DNA of 60,447 bases from Candidatus Levybacteria bacterium GW2011_GWA1_37_16 (GTDB lineage Bacteria > Patescibacteriota > Microgenomatia > Levybacterales > UBA12049), in the NCBI GenBank assembly GCA_943357985.1, contig CALRGR010000005.1, positions 1 through 60,447 of the forward strand. Reading direction: 5' to 3'. The notes under the pieces are model-generated. The model made no database searches. It had not been told where the DNA came from and worked only from the letters and a program-made list of their open reading frames with translations. Each line of letters opens with the position of its first letter. The first letter of the stretch is position 1. This document shows, in pieces, positions 1-8,311 of the stretch. The position numbers were made by a program, and so were the translations under genes.

Positions 1-3000
1 TGAGTAGCTCCTGTATTAGTAAAAGCTCCAATATCAACTCCGGTTCCAGTTCCTGCTCCTGATATTGCCCCAATATTAATGCCTTTATTTGCTGTTGTTC
101 CACTTAATGCTCCAATATCAAGCCCTGTTGAAGTTGCTCCAGTCATGGCGGCAACAGCTAGGCCGTAGTCAGTGGTGGCGCCGGTTGAAACAAAATACCC
201 ACCGTAGTTAGCAGTAGCAGCTCCGGTTACAGAAGAATACACTCCATAGTTAGTTCCTGTTGTTGCAGTATTTGCTATATTAATTCCTCTGTCAGAAGCC
301 GTAGAGGTTGCGATGTCTAATTTGTATCCTGGTGTAGTTGTCCCAATCCCAACATTGCCGGCATCAAATATGGCTGCGTAGTTATTGGTGGCGCCGGTGG
401 CAGTGGCATAGAGACCGACATTTGTGGTGGCAGCTCCCGTGTTGGCAAAGTAACCGGCGTAGTCGGTGCCGATCGTAGCTCCTGTTTGGGAAACGGAAAG
501 GGCTTTGGTATTGGAGGTTGTTGCAGAAGATGTTAGGGAAGTCAGACCATCAGAGACGGTAAGGTTGCCCGCTCCGTCTACAGTTAGTCCTGCAACGGTT
601 GAAGCGGCGTTGCTGTCAAACCCCAATGTTGCCGTTATTAGTCCTGATATTGTTGGAGTTGCAGTCCATGCGGTTCCTGTTACTGTTAAGTTTCCTCCTA
701 AAGAAGTTAAATTACTTCCCGAAACAGTAAACGTATTGCCCAAGGTAGTTGTCCCGGTGACTCCAAGAGTTGATGATAATGTCGTAGCTCCTGAAACGCT
801 CAAGGTCGAACTTAAAGCAGTAGCCCCTGTTGCACCAAAAGTTCCGCCAACTGTAGTATTTCCTGTTACGGCTAAAGTAGAAGAAAGAGTTGTTGCGCCC
901 GTTACTGCAAGCGTTCCTTCAATAGAGAGATTATCGCCTGAATTGGATGGAGCAAGTGTAGTCCCTGTTCTTGTCCACCAGCCTTGTTGTCCGTCGGTTC
1001 CACCCGTCTTTACATTTCTAACGTATAGCGTATCCCATGGAAGTGAGTCAGATCCTAAATCATTAGTTCCTGTAGTAGTAATAGGAATTAGGTTTGAATC
1101 TTGGGCGACTCTGCCATTAAAGGTAATTGTATTTGCGCTTGAAGTTCCTATGAAGGTATTTCCGTTTAGTCTTGCGCTACCTGTGCCTGTGGAAAATGTT
1201 ACATTACCAATTTGAGCAAAATTACCCGTGGTAGTTATTGAGCCTACTTCGAATCTGGAATTCCCGAAGTTGGCATCGGTTAATGTTGAGGCAGAGATAC
1301 GGCTGCCGGTTAAAATGAGGTCGCCAGCAATAGTCGTATTTCCTAGACCGTCAACGGTGAATTTGGCAATCCCGCTGCTACTGGCGCTAATAAGTGGCCC
1401 TGTGTCAGTTTGGTTGATGGTAAGGGCTGATTGTGCACTTGATGAGGCTGTAATAAAGAGGTTATCAGCTATCTCCACTGCTCCTGCTGCTCCTGGGGTG
1501 GTGCTACTGTTTGAGCTATTATATATCTGTTTCTGAATGTCAATTTTTCCCAATCCGTCAGGCGCGAGAATTATGTCACTGTTAGTTCCTGCCACAGTAG
1601 TAAGAAATAGAACATTACCCGAAAGGGAGAATTGGCCTCCAATAGCCTGGAAAGTGGAGGAAACTTTGCCCCCAATTGTTAGATTTCCGGATGAGTCAAG
1701 CGCCAAAACTACATTTTTAGTTCCTGCTTTATTTTGGGTAATAGGCAGCATTCCATCCAGTCTCTGGGAATTTTCCGATAAGGCTACGTTTGTAAGATGC
1801 TCTCTAGGCGTTAGCTCCGGGTCTGATCTTATTGCAATACCCAGCCATAGAGTGTAATTGCGTACAAACATCTCTTGGTAGAGCGGATTTTTGTTGCCTA
1901 AAGCTACAGAGAAAGTTCCATCTGACTTTGGATTTATTGTGTCCGTTTCTGTCCAAAGGGCATTTCCTGTTTTTTTCTCTGCGTCATATATTGTAAATTT
2001 AACCGAACTTGTGCCTGTAATGGGATTGCCTTTTGAATCAGTCAGTTTTCCCTGAAATAAGAGAGCGCGTCTTATACTATTTTCGTCCTGGGCAATCTGA
2101 GTAAATTGACTGCTGTTGGGGCCAAATAGCAGATTTTGGTAGATGAAAAAGCCAAGTAAGGACATTAAGATTACTAGCGCACCAAAGTGTAGATAGTGAA
2201 CAAATGGATGAGAATGATAGTTTTTATACCATTGTGGTCTGGTAAATCTTATATGATGCCAAGTTTTTTGAGGGATAGACATCCCGTTTGTAGAGACGGA
2301 GGAATAGAATTTTTTCTTGATGTTATAGACTTGAATATCTTCACCTTTATTTTTTGAAGTTTCAAACACGGGTTTTCCTTTTATTTTCCAAACAATAAGC
2401 TCCGCGCCTTTTACAATAAGAGCCAATGGTTCTATGAAAATTAGGTCAAAGAGCCAGTCTCCTGCGTAGATTATTTTCTGTACGAGTCTGACAGGTGGGA
2501 CTTTGGAGAATTTTGAAATCTCCTGAGGTTCTTGTTTCGGCTCTTCTGCGGCAGGCGTAGCAAATTGTTGCGGTACGGGAATATAATTTGGTTTTGAGAC
2601 TGGCGTAGCTTGGGGTATTCCTGAGAATATTCCCGTTTCCGTAGTCTTAGGTAATTCCGCAAAGCTTGCGTCTCTTTTTATTAGTCCTTCTTCCTTTGCC
2701 CACGCTATATATTTTCTAAGTGAAGAAAGTTTCCTGTTTATTGAAAGAGGAGAAGAGTGACTTTTAATTAAATGCAGTTTATATTCTTCTACTAGCTTCC
2801 AGTTTAATTTGTCAAAAATGTTTTTGTCGGCAACTTGCCACTCCTTTGCTACGTTAGTTACTTGCTCTGCCCATTGCATGAATTGTCTAGTATCTATGAC
2901 ATAGTTCTTTATAGTAAGAGGCGATGCGCTATGTACATAGAGATAATTTTTGAAATCTTTAAGATGCCATGGATCGGGTTGTTGATTGTTGATTGTTGAT

Positions 3001-3374
3001 TGTTGATTGTCGTCGAACGGACTGGCCGAAGCAATTCCCTCAATTTTTAGAAAATAAAAGAACTTGCGAAGAGCTGAAAGATGTCTTTTAAGGGAGCGAG
3101 GAGAAAGCTGATGCCCTGGTGTTATAACGTCAAGGAGAGTGCTTGACGTATCTCTAATTGAAGCCTTATTTGCTGTTTTATAAAGCTCAATTATTTGAGG
3201 AGTGACAGATGTGGGAGCAAAAGTCTTTTTAAATTCTTTTTCAAACCAGTGAATGAACTGGGTAATATCCGCTTTGTAGTTTTTAACCGTTGCTTTGGAG
3301 AGCTTTTTTTTCTGCCTGCCGGGAGGAAGGTTTTGTAAGTTTAGATATTGGACAAATTGTTCAGGCAGATTCAT
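1..3374 (-). CDS. Giant membrane-spanning surface protein (start complete, 3' end runs off the window; >1,120 aa): two N-terminal tyrosine-recombinase SAM-like/core-binding domains, one TM helix, then G/T/S/A/N-rich tail-fibre/beta-helix-like repeats
   Basis: Absent from the supplied ORF track because there is no stop inside the window. Manual minus-strand translation from ATG at 3374-3372 stays open to position 3; the frame was checked at 3009, 2697, 2217, 1887 and 3. It begins MNLPEQFVQYLNLQNLPPGRQKKKLSKATVKNYKADITQFIHWFEK...SPRSLKRHLSALRKFFYFLKIEG. A second unit reads SPLTIKNYVIDTRQFMQWAE...SPLSINRKLSSLRKYIAWAKEEGLI. The TM helix is FVHYLHFGALVILMSLLGFFIY. The distal part includes FQGKLTDSKGNPITGTSSVKFTIYDAEKKTGNALWTE and NVGIGTTTPGYKLDI. 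The V/P-rich plus-strand ORFs at 466-1857 are its antisense shadow. Confidence 0.8.
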   Translation of the reverse strand, partial: MNLPEQFVQYLNLQNLPPGRQKKKLSKATVKNYKADITQFIHWFEKEFKKTFAPTSVTPQIIELYKTANKASIRDTSSTLLDVITPGHQLSPRSLKRHLSALRKFFYFLKIEGIASASPFDDNQQSTINNQQPDPWHLKDFKNYLYVHSASPLTIKNYVIDTRQFMQWAEQVTNVAKEWQVADKNIFDKLNWKLVEEYKLHLIKSHSSPLSINRKLSSLRKYIAWAKEEGLIKRDASFAELPKTTETGIFSGIPQATPVSKPNYIPVPQQFATPAAEEPKQEPQEISKFSKVPPVRLVQKIIYAGDWLFDLIFIEPLALIVKGAELIVWKIKGKPVFETSKNKGEDIQVYNIKKKFYSSVSTNGMSIPQKTWHHIRFTRPQWYKNYHSHPFVHYLHFGALVILMSLLGFFIYQNLLFGPNSSQFTQIAQDENSIRRALLFQGKLTDSKGNPITGTSSVKFTIYDAEKKTGNALWTETDTINPKSDGTFSVALGNKNPLYQEMFVRNYTLWLGIAIRSDPELTPREHLTNVALSENSQRLDGMLPITQNKAGTKNVVLALDSSGNLTIGGKVSSTFQAIGGQFSLSGNVLFLTTVAGTNSDIILAPDGLGKIDIQKQIYNSSNSSTTPGAAGAVEIADNLFITASSSAQSALTINQTDTGPLISASSSGIAKFTVDGLGNTTIAGDLILTGSRISASTLTDANFGNSRFEVGSITTTGNFAQIGNVTFSTGTGSARLNGNTFIGTSSANTITFNGRVAQDSNLIPITTTGTNDLGSDSLPWDTLYVRNVKTGGTDGQQGWWTRTGTTLAPSNSGDNLSIEGTLAVTGATTLSSTLAVTGNTTVGGTFGATGATALSSTLSVSGATTLSSTLGVTGTTTLGNTFTVSGSNLTSLGGNLTVTGTAWTATPTISGLITATLGFDSNAASTVAGLTVDGAGNLTVSDGLTSLTSSATTSNTKALSVSQTGATIGTDYAGYFANTGAATTNVGLYATATGATNNYAAIFDAGNVGIGTTTPGYKLDIATSTASDRGINIANTATTGTNYGVYSSVTGAATANYGGYFVSTGATTDYGLAVAAMTGATSTGLDIGALSGTTANKGINIGAISGAGTGTGVDIGAFTNTGAT
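2981..3008. repeat. Perfect heptanucleotide tandem repeat GTTGATT x4 inside the giant ORF (encodes NQQSTINNQQ linker between the two SAM-like domains)
   Basis: Read directly: gttgatt gttgatt gttgatt gttgatt. Confidence 0.95.
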
Positions 3375-3900
3375 TGTAATTTAAATAAATACGATTACCG
3401 AATTAACACTTGTGAAAATTTATGCGTACGCACGAAATTATACGGATTATACAGATTATTCACAGAATTTCTAGACATACTACTAGAATAAGTAATATAT
3501 ATATGCGTGTCAATACCCTAGAGTATTTTGGTAAAGCTGAATGGATGTCTTATGATACAGTTTTTAAAACACTTCTCCGCTGTGAAAAATCACGCATAAA
3601 TACCTATTTTGCTATTTTCACAACTTTTATGTATTCGATAATTGTTCGCTATCTGTTCCGTCGTGTCTAGCTCAGAATATATCATCGATAAAAATTGATT
3701 GTTTATAATTTATTATAGATTATTTTAGCTTTTTGGTACTAAAAATTTAATTTCTCTTTCAAATGATTTTAAATAATAGATAGTTAATAATAAATAATAA
3801 ATGTCTTATTATAACTAGAGGCCTATGTTGGCAGGGCTAAGCACCTAGTGATAGGTATTTCAATGGAGAGGTTTAGATTGTTACGACAAGCTATCAATGA

Positions 3901-4872
3901 TTATTTTCTTAGACGGGATTTTAATTTAGCCTTAACTATCAATAACGACGATATAACTATAAGGCTTATAAGTAATATCTGTACCGGAGCTCCAATAAAG
4001 CGGGTGGTTTGGGTCAAGGCTGGGCTATGTTCGTAAAAAGTAAGGATTAATGTGGCTGTATAGGGTCCCAGCAGGAAAGTCTCCGGCCAAGCAGCGGTAA
4101 TAGATCTGGATGTGTTAGCGAGGATATTTGTTTTTTCTAGATCTACCCTGCCTACAGTCTGCCCAAATAGGTTTTTAATAAGAATATATCCTGATGTTGA
4201 TATAAATTGTTCTCCCTGGTTTGAGGTTTTAACCGAAAACTCAATAGGGCCTTTGTCTTTGAAGAATGATGAATTAAATTCGTTTATTTTGACTTGAGGC
4301 TTGGTAATCTGGCCTACGGTAAGAAGTACATTTGTTGCTACTGCAGTAATAATTTGAGATTTGTTCTTCTGAGCAGCATCCGTAGCAGGGGATGATGTGA
4401 ATAATAATGAAAAGTAATAGTCTGATAATGTTTCATCTTGAGTAATGTCTATGCGCAAGCTTAATTCTTTTTGTTGTTTTGGTCCGAGCTCTATAGAAGA
4501 AATTTCTTGATCTTTATCGAATACCTTAATTTTTTGAAATATGAGCGGATCTTTTAGATTAAGTTCACCACTTTTTAAATATCTTACCTGTCCATTCTCA
4601 TTGTCAGATTGAGTGAAGGGCTTAAAGCTAATATTAAAAGTTTCAGTTTGATCTGTTTGATTTTTGATTATAATGGGTGTTTTCAGGCTAACAGGGGCAG
4701 TTGCACGAATTTTGATAATAGGAGGATAAACCCCCAGTGAAAATGCAGATGCGTCTGCTTTCTGTGGAAATACTACCAATACTACCAATATTATCAATAC
4801 CACCAATGCCCCAATTTTAAATTCAAAATTTTTAATTTTTAATGAATTTTTAATGTTTAAATTTTTAGACAT
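3901..4872 (-). CDS. Cell-surface protein of unknown function with N-terminal signal/anchor and C-terminal TM anchor plus basic tail
   Basis: 323-aa ORF. N-terminal hydrophobic segment IGALVVLIILVVLVVF. C-terminus is ...APVQILLISLIVISSLLIVKAKLKSRLRK. The middle is beta-rich with alternating polar/hydrophobic residues. A DUF916/DUF3324-like architecture is only a guess. Confidence 0.55.
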   Translation of the reverse strand: MSKNLNIKNSLKIKNFEFKIGALVVLIILVVLVVFPQKADASAFSLGVYPPIIKIRATAPVSLKTPIIIKNQTDQTETFNISFKPFTQSDNENGQVRYLKSGELNLKDPLIFQKIKVFDKDQEISSIELGPKQQKELSLRIDITQDETLSDYYFSLLFTSSPATDAAQKNKSQIITAVATNVLLTVGQITKPQVKINEFNSSFFKDKGPIEFSVKTSNQGEQFISTSGYILIKNLFGQTVGRVDLEKTNILANTSRSITAAWPETFLLGPYTATLILTFYEHSPALTQTTRFIGAPVQILLISLIVISSLLIVKAKLKSRLRK

Positions 4873-4910
4873 TTTGAATTAAGATTTGATTTTAAATTAG
4901 AAATTAAGAA

Positions 4911-5651
4911 TTAAAAATTCGGAATCGCTATAAATGTTATAGAATTGCTGTAAAACTGCGGTGCTTGGTTTCCTGAGATATTGATTTTATAGCTAATTTG
5001 GGCGCTTGCGGATTGATTTGCTTGTAATATAATCTGTGGTTCGTTTGGCTTTTGGAACTGTCTGTATGAGTTGATATCACTAAATCCTTCTGCGCATGGA
5101 TTTGAAATTGCTTGCCCTGAGCCCGCCGAATGGGCCGAAGGACTTGTCCTGAGCGAAGCCGGAGGATCACATCTATATCCAAATCCATAAGTTAATGGTC
5201 CATTCCATGGTTGAGCGACTGAAGCTGTGCAAATTCCATTATCGCAAGTGGTATCCGGAATAAAGCCTTCTGAAGAATTATGTTTTAGCATATGATCTTC
5301 AAAAGCTTGTACCGAATATCCAAAGGCTGTAGAGGAGGACACCAAAAGATTATTTAGCCTTATTACCGGGTCTGTTGCGGAAAGTTGGCCATAGTCAATA
5401 AAATTCTCCGAAACAGAAAAAGAAAACGGCTGCTCCGAAGAAAAATCTTCAAATCCAACTTGAATACTATAATTTTTTCCGCTAAAAAGGCCGTGAAGTG
5501 TTGATATTGTCTCTTTTGGGACAGGAATGTCATCTTGCGGCTGGGTGACAATACTTCCGTCAATTGTATAATCTTGGGCAAAAGCAAACGGAATAGTGAA
5601 TAGTGAATAGTGAATAGTGAATAGTATGCTAATAATTAAGAGAATCTTCAC
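4911..5651 (-). CDS. Secreted protein of unknown function (signal peptide MKILLIISILFTIHYSLFTIPFAFAQ)
   Basis: 246-aa ORF with a typical signal peptide ending AFA-Q and four Cys in the mature part. It contains the heptamer tract 5591-5625 and the GC-rich element-derived segment PPASLRTSPSAHSAGSGQ (5113-5168). Confidence 0.6.
   Translation of the reverse strand: MKILLIISILFTIHYSLFTIPFAFAQDYTIDGSIVTQPQDDIPVPKETISTLHGLFSGKNYSIQVGFEDFSSEQPFSFSVSENFIDYGQLSATDPVIRLNNLLVSSSTAFGYSVQAFEDHMLKHNSSEGFIPDTTCDNGICTASVAQPWNGPLTYGFGYRCDPPASLRTSPSAHSAGSGQAISNPCAEGFSDINSYRQFQKPNEPQIILQANQSASAQISYKINISGNQAPQFYSNSITFIAIPNF
5591..5625. repeat. Perfect heptanucleotide repeat GAATAGT x5 within the signal-peptide codons of CDS 4911-5651
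   Basis: Read directly: gaatagt x5. On the coding strand this is ACTATTC x5, translated LFTIHYSLFTIP. Confidence 0.95.
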
Positions 5652-5717
5652 AATATAATCCTAGGCAATCGTGCCTTAAAATGCAAGCTGGCATATGCTA
5701 TACTTTGGTTAGAATTT

Positions 5718-8303
5718 ATGAAACCGTATAATCCCTCTGAAGTCGAGAAGAAGTGGCAAAATGTTTGGGAGGAAACAAAAATTTACTCTCCCAACCTTGA
5801 TAGTGCAAAAAAACCTTTTTATAACCTCATGATGTTTCCTTATCCGTCTGCTGAAGGAATGCACGTTGGGAATATGTACGCTTTTACTGGCGCAGATATC
5901 TATGGCAGGTTCCAAAGAATGCAGGGGTATGACGTTTTTGAGCCCATTGGACTTGACGGATTTGGAATTCATTCTGAAAATTATGCAATAAAAGTGGGTA
6001 AGCACCCGGCAGAGCAGGCCAAAATTTCGGAAGAAAACTTCTATCGACAGCTCCGCTCTATTGGAAATTCTTATGAATGGACAAGAACTATTGAAACTTA
6101 TAAACCGGAATATTACAAATGGACGCAATGGCTTTTTATACAACTTTTCAAGGCTGGATTGGCATATAAAAAGAAAGCGCCTGTTAATTTCTGTCCTAAG
6201 GATCTAACAGTTTTGGCTGATGAGCAGGTAATTGATGGTAAATGTGAACGTTGCGGTTCTGTAGTTGAAAAAAGAGAGCTTGAGCAATGGTTTTTCAAGA
6301 TAACTGATTATGCCGAGAAATTGCTTAGTAATATCCCAGAGCTAGATTGGTCAGAAAAGGTCAAAGTTGCGCAGAAGAACTGGATTGGAAAAAGCGAGGG
6401 CGCAAGGATTCGTTTTGTCATCCTGAGTGAAGCGAAGGACCTACCTGCCTCGCAGCAAGGCGGGGATTCTTCGGCCATGCTTCAGAATGACAACTCAATT
6501 GAGGTATTTACAACCCGTCCAGATACTTTGTTTGGTGCGACATTTTTAGTTATTTCACCGGAACTTGCAAAAAAGTGGCTTGATGTTGGTTGGAAAGCTC
6601 CTACAGGGGTTGGGAAATATATCGAGGAGGCTCTTGTAAAAAGAACATTGATAGAAGAAAACACAGATAAAACGGGAGTTTTCTCGGGAATTTACGCAAT
6701 AAATCCTGTAAATCAAGAGAAAATCCCGATTTGGGTAGCTAATTATGTTCTTGCTGGTTATGGAACAGGCGCAATTATGGCAGTTCCTGCGCATGACCCG
6801 CGGGATTTTGAGTTTGCAAAAAAGTTTGATCTGCAAGTAAAGACTGTCATCCTGAGTGAAACGAAGGATCTACCTGCCTCGCAGCAAGGCGGGGATTCTT
6901 CGGCCATGTCTCAGAATGACAAAATGATTGAGGTTTATGTCGGAGAAGGGGAAATTATTAATTCAGGTGATTGGAATGGCTGGAAGACGCCTGAAAGTAT
7001 TTCAAAAGTCATAAAATGGTTGGAAAAGAAGGCAATTGGTAAAAGAGAAGTTAATTACCATTTAAGAGACTGGTTGATATCGCGCCAAAGATATTGGGGG
7101 CCTCCAATTCCAATGATTGATTGTCCAAAGTGCGGTTGGCAGCCAGTTGCCGAAGCTGATCTGCCTGTAGTTTTGCCGGAACTTGAGGACTTTAAGCCGG
7201 AAGGGAATGGAAAGTCTCCGCTTGCAAATATAGACACTTTTATAAATACCAAATGTCCTAATTGTGATGGTCCTGCAAAAAGGGAGACAGACGTCTCCGA
7301 CACCTTTTTGGACAGTGCATGGTACTTTTTCCGCTATGCCTGCACTGATATAGAAAGTAGTGCTTTTGATAGGGAAAGGCTAAAAAAATGGTTGCCGGTG
7401 AATATGTATATTGGCGGAGCAGAACACTCAGTGCTACACCTTTTATATTCACGGTTTATAGCAATGGTACTGGCTGATTTGAAATTTACGGATTTTGAAG
7501 AACCTTTCAAGAGATTCTACGCGCACGGACTGATCGTAAAAGATGGTGCCAAGATGAGCAAAAGCCGCGGAAATGTGATTATTCCGGATAAATACATAGC
7601 TAAATTCGGCGCAGATACACTCAGATGCTACCTAATGTTCCTTGGTCCTTTTTCAGCAGGCGGTGACTTTAGGGACACAGGAATTGAAGGAATGAATAGA
7701 TTTCTAAAAAGGGTTTGGAAGCTTTGCTCGGCGGTATTAAGTAGTAAGTATCAAGTATCAAGTACAGAAAATACTAAAGAGCTTGATACGGCAATGAATA
7801 AGACGATTAAAAAAGTGACAGAAGATATAGAAAATCTTAGATATAATACCGCGCTGGCGACCTTGATGGAGTATTATAACGTGCTTTCCGAGTTTTATAC
7901 TAAATACAAAATACTCGATACTAAATACTGCAAAACTTTTGTTTTGCTTCTGGCTCCTTTTGCCCCGCATATGACAGAAGAGCTGTATCAGCAATTGACA
8001 ATTGACAATTTACAATTTACTAATAAAGGCAAGAAAGATAGTCAATCATTTAATTCTATTCATCTTGAATCTTGGCCGAGTTTTGATGAGAAATCATTAG
8101 AAGAGTCTGAAGTAAATATTGCAGTTTCTGTAAATGGTAAGACACGAGACGTGATAAAGATCGAAAAGTCAAAAGTCGAAAGTCAAAAGTTTGTTGAGCA
8201 GTTGGCCAAAGAGAGTGAGAATGTAAAAAAGCACCTGCAAGGAAAGAAGATTTTAAAGACAGTTTACGTGCAGGGAAAAATAATAAATTTTGTTATAGAT
8301 TAA
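5718..8303 (+). CDS. leuS: Leucine--tRNA ligase
   Basis: 861 aa. Class I motifs are present: PYPSAEGMHVGN (HIGH-type) and KMSKSRGN. The editing-domain motif TTRPDT and overall LeuRS collinearity are also present. Confidence 0.97.
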   Translation: MKPYNPSEVEKKWQNVWEETKIYSPNLDSAKKPFYNLMMFPYPSAEGMHVGNMYAFTGADIYGRFQRMQGYDVFEPIGLDGFGIHSENYAIKVGKHPAEQAKISEENFYRQLRSIGNSYEWTRTIETYKPEYYKWTQWLFIQLFKAGLAYKKKAPVNFCPKDLTVLADEQVIDGKCERCGSVVEKRELEQWFFKITDYAEKLLSNIPELDWSEKVKVAQKNWIGKSEGARIRFVILSEAKDLPASQQGGDSSAMLQNDNSIEVFTTRPDTLFGATFLVISPELAKKWLDVGWKAPTGVGKYIEEALVKRTLIEENTDKTGVFSGIYAINPVNQEKIPIWVANYVLAGYGTGAIMAVPAHDPRDFEFAKKFDLQVKTVILSETKDLPASQQGGDSSAMSQNDKMIEVYVGEGEIINSGDWNGWKTPESISKVIKWLEKKAIGKREVNYHLRDWLISRQRYWGPPIPMIDCPKCGWQPVAEADLPVVLPELEDFKPEGNGKSPLANIDTFINTKCPNCDGPAKRETDVSDTFLDSAWYFFRYACTDIESSAFDRERLKKWLPVNMYIGGAEHSVLHLLYSRFIAMVLADLKFTDFEEPFKRFYAHGLIVKDGAKMSKSRGNVIIPDKYIAKFGADTLRCYLMFLGPFSAGGDFRDTGIEGMNRFLKRVWKLCSAVLSSKYQVSSTENTKELDTAMNKTIKKVTEDIENLRYNTALATLMEYYNVLSEFYTKYKILDTKYCKTFVLLLAPFAPHMTEELYQQLTIDNLQFTNKGKKDSQSFNSIHLESWPSFDEKSLEESEVNIAVSVNGKTRDVIKIEKSKVESQKFVEQLAKESENVKKHLQGKKILKTVYVQGKIINFVID
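6417..6491 (+). repeat. 75-bp GC-rich nested-palindromic element inserted in frame in leuS (copy 1; encodes VILSEAKDLPASQQGGDSSAMLQND)
   Basis: Sequence: gtcatcctgagtgaagcgaaggacctacctgcctcgcagcaaggcggggattcttcggccatgcttcagaatgac. The central hairpin is cctgcc...ggcggg. The outer arms gtcatcctgag / cttcagaatgac are imperfectly inverted. Confidence 0.9.
6846..6920 (+). repeat. 75-bp GC-rich nested-palindromic element inserted in frame in leuS (copy 2; encodes VILSETKDLPASQQGGDSSAMSQND)
   Basis: Differs from copy 1 at 4 of 75 positions by my alignment. It lies 429 bp downstream of copy 1 in the same orientation and frame. Confidence 0.9.
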
Positions 8304-8311
8304 GCTTTTAA

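Noticed and set aside
466-1857. Three consecutive plus-strand ORFs (249, 102 and 106 aa) with V/P/A-rich translations.
   Set aside because: They are the antisense shadow of the long minus-strand G/T/S/A-rich ORF (1-3374). They have low-complexity composition and no start context, and the minus-strand frame is continuous and carries recognisable domains.
5709-7994. Several minus-strand ORFs (for example 5709-6143, 6555-6836, 7055-7303) inside leuS.
   Set aside because: They are fully embedded antisense to a confidently identified aminoacyl-tRNA synthetase gene, and their translations have no features.
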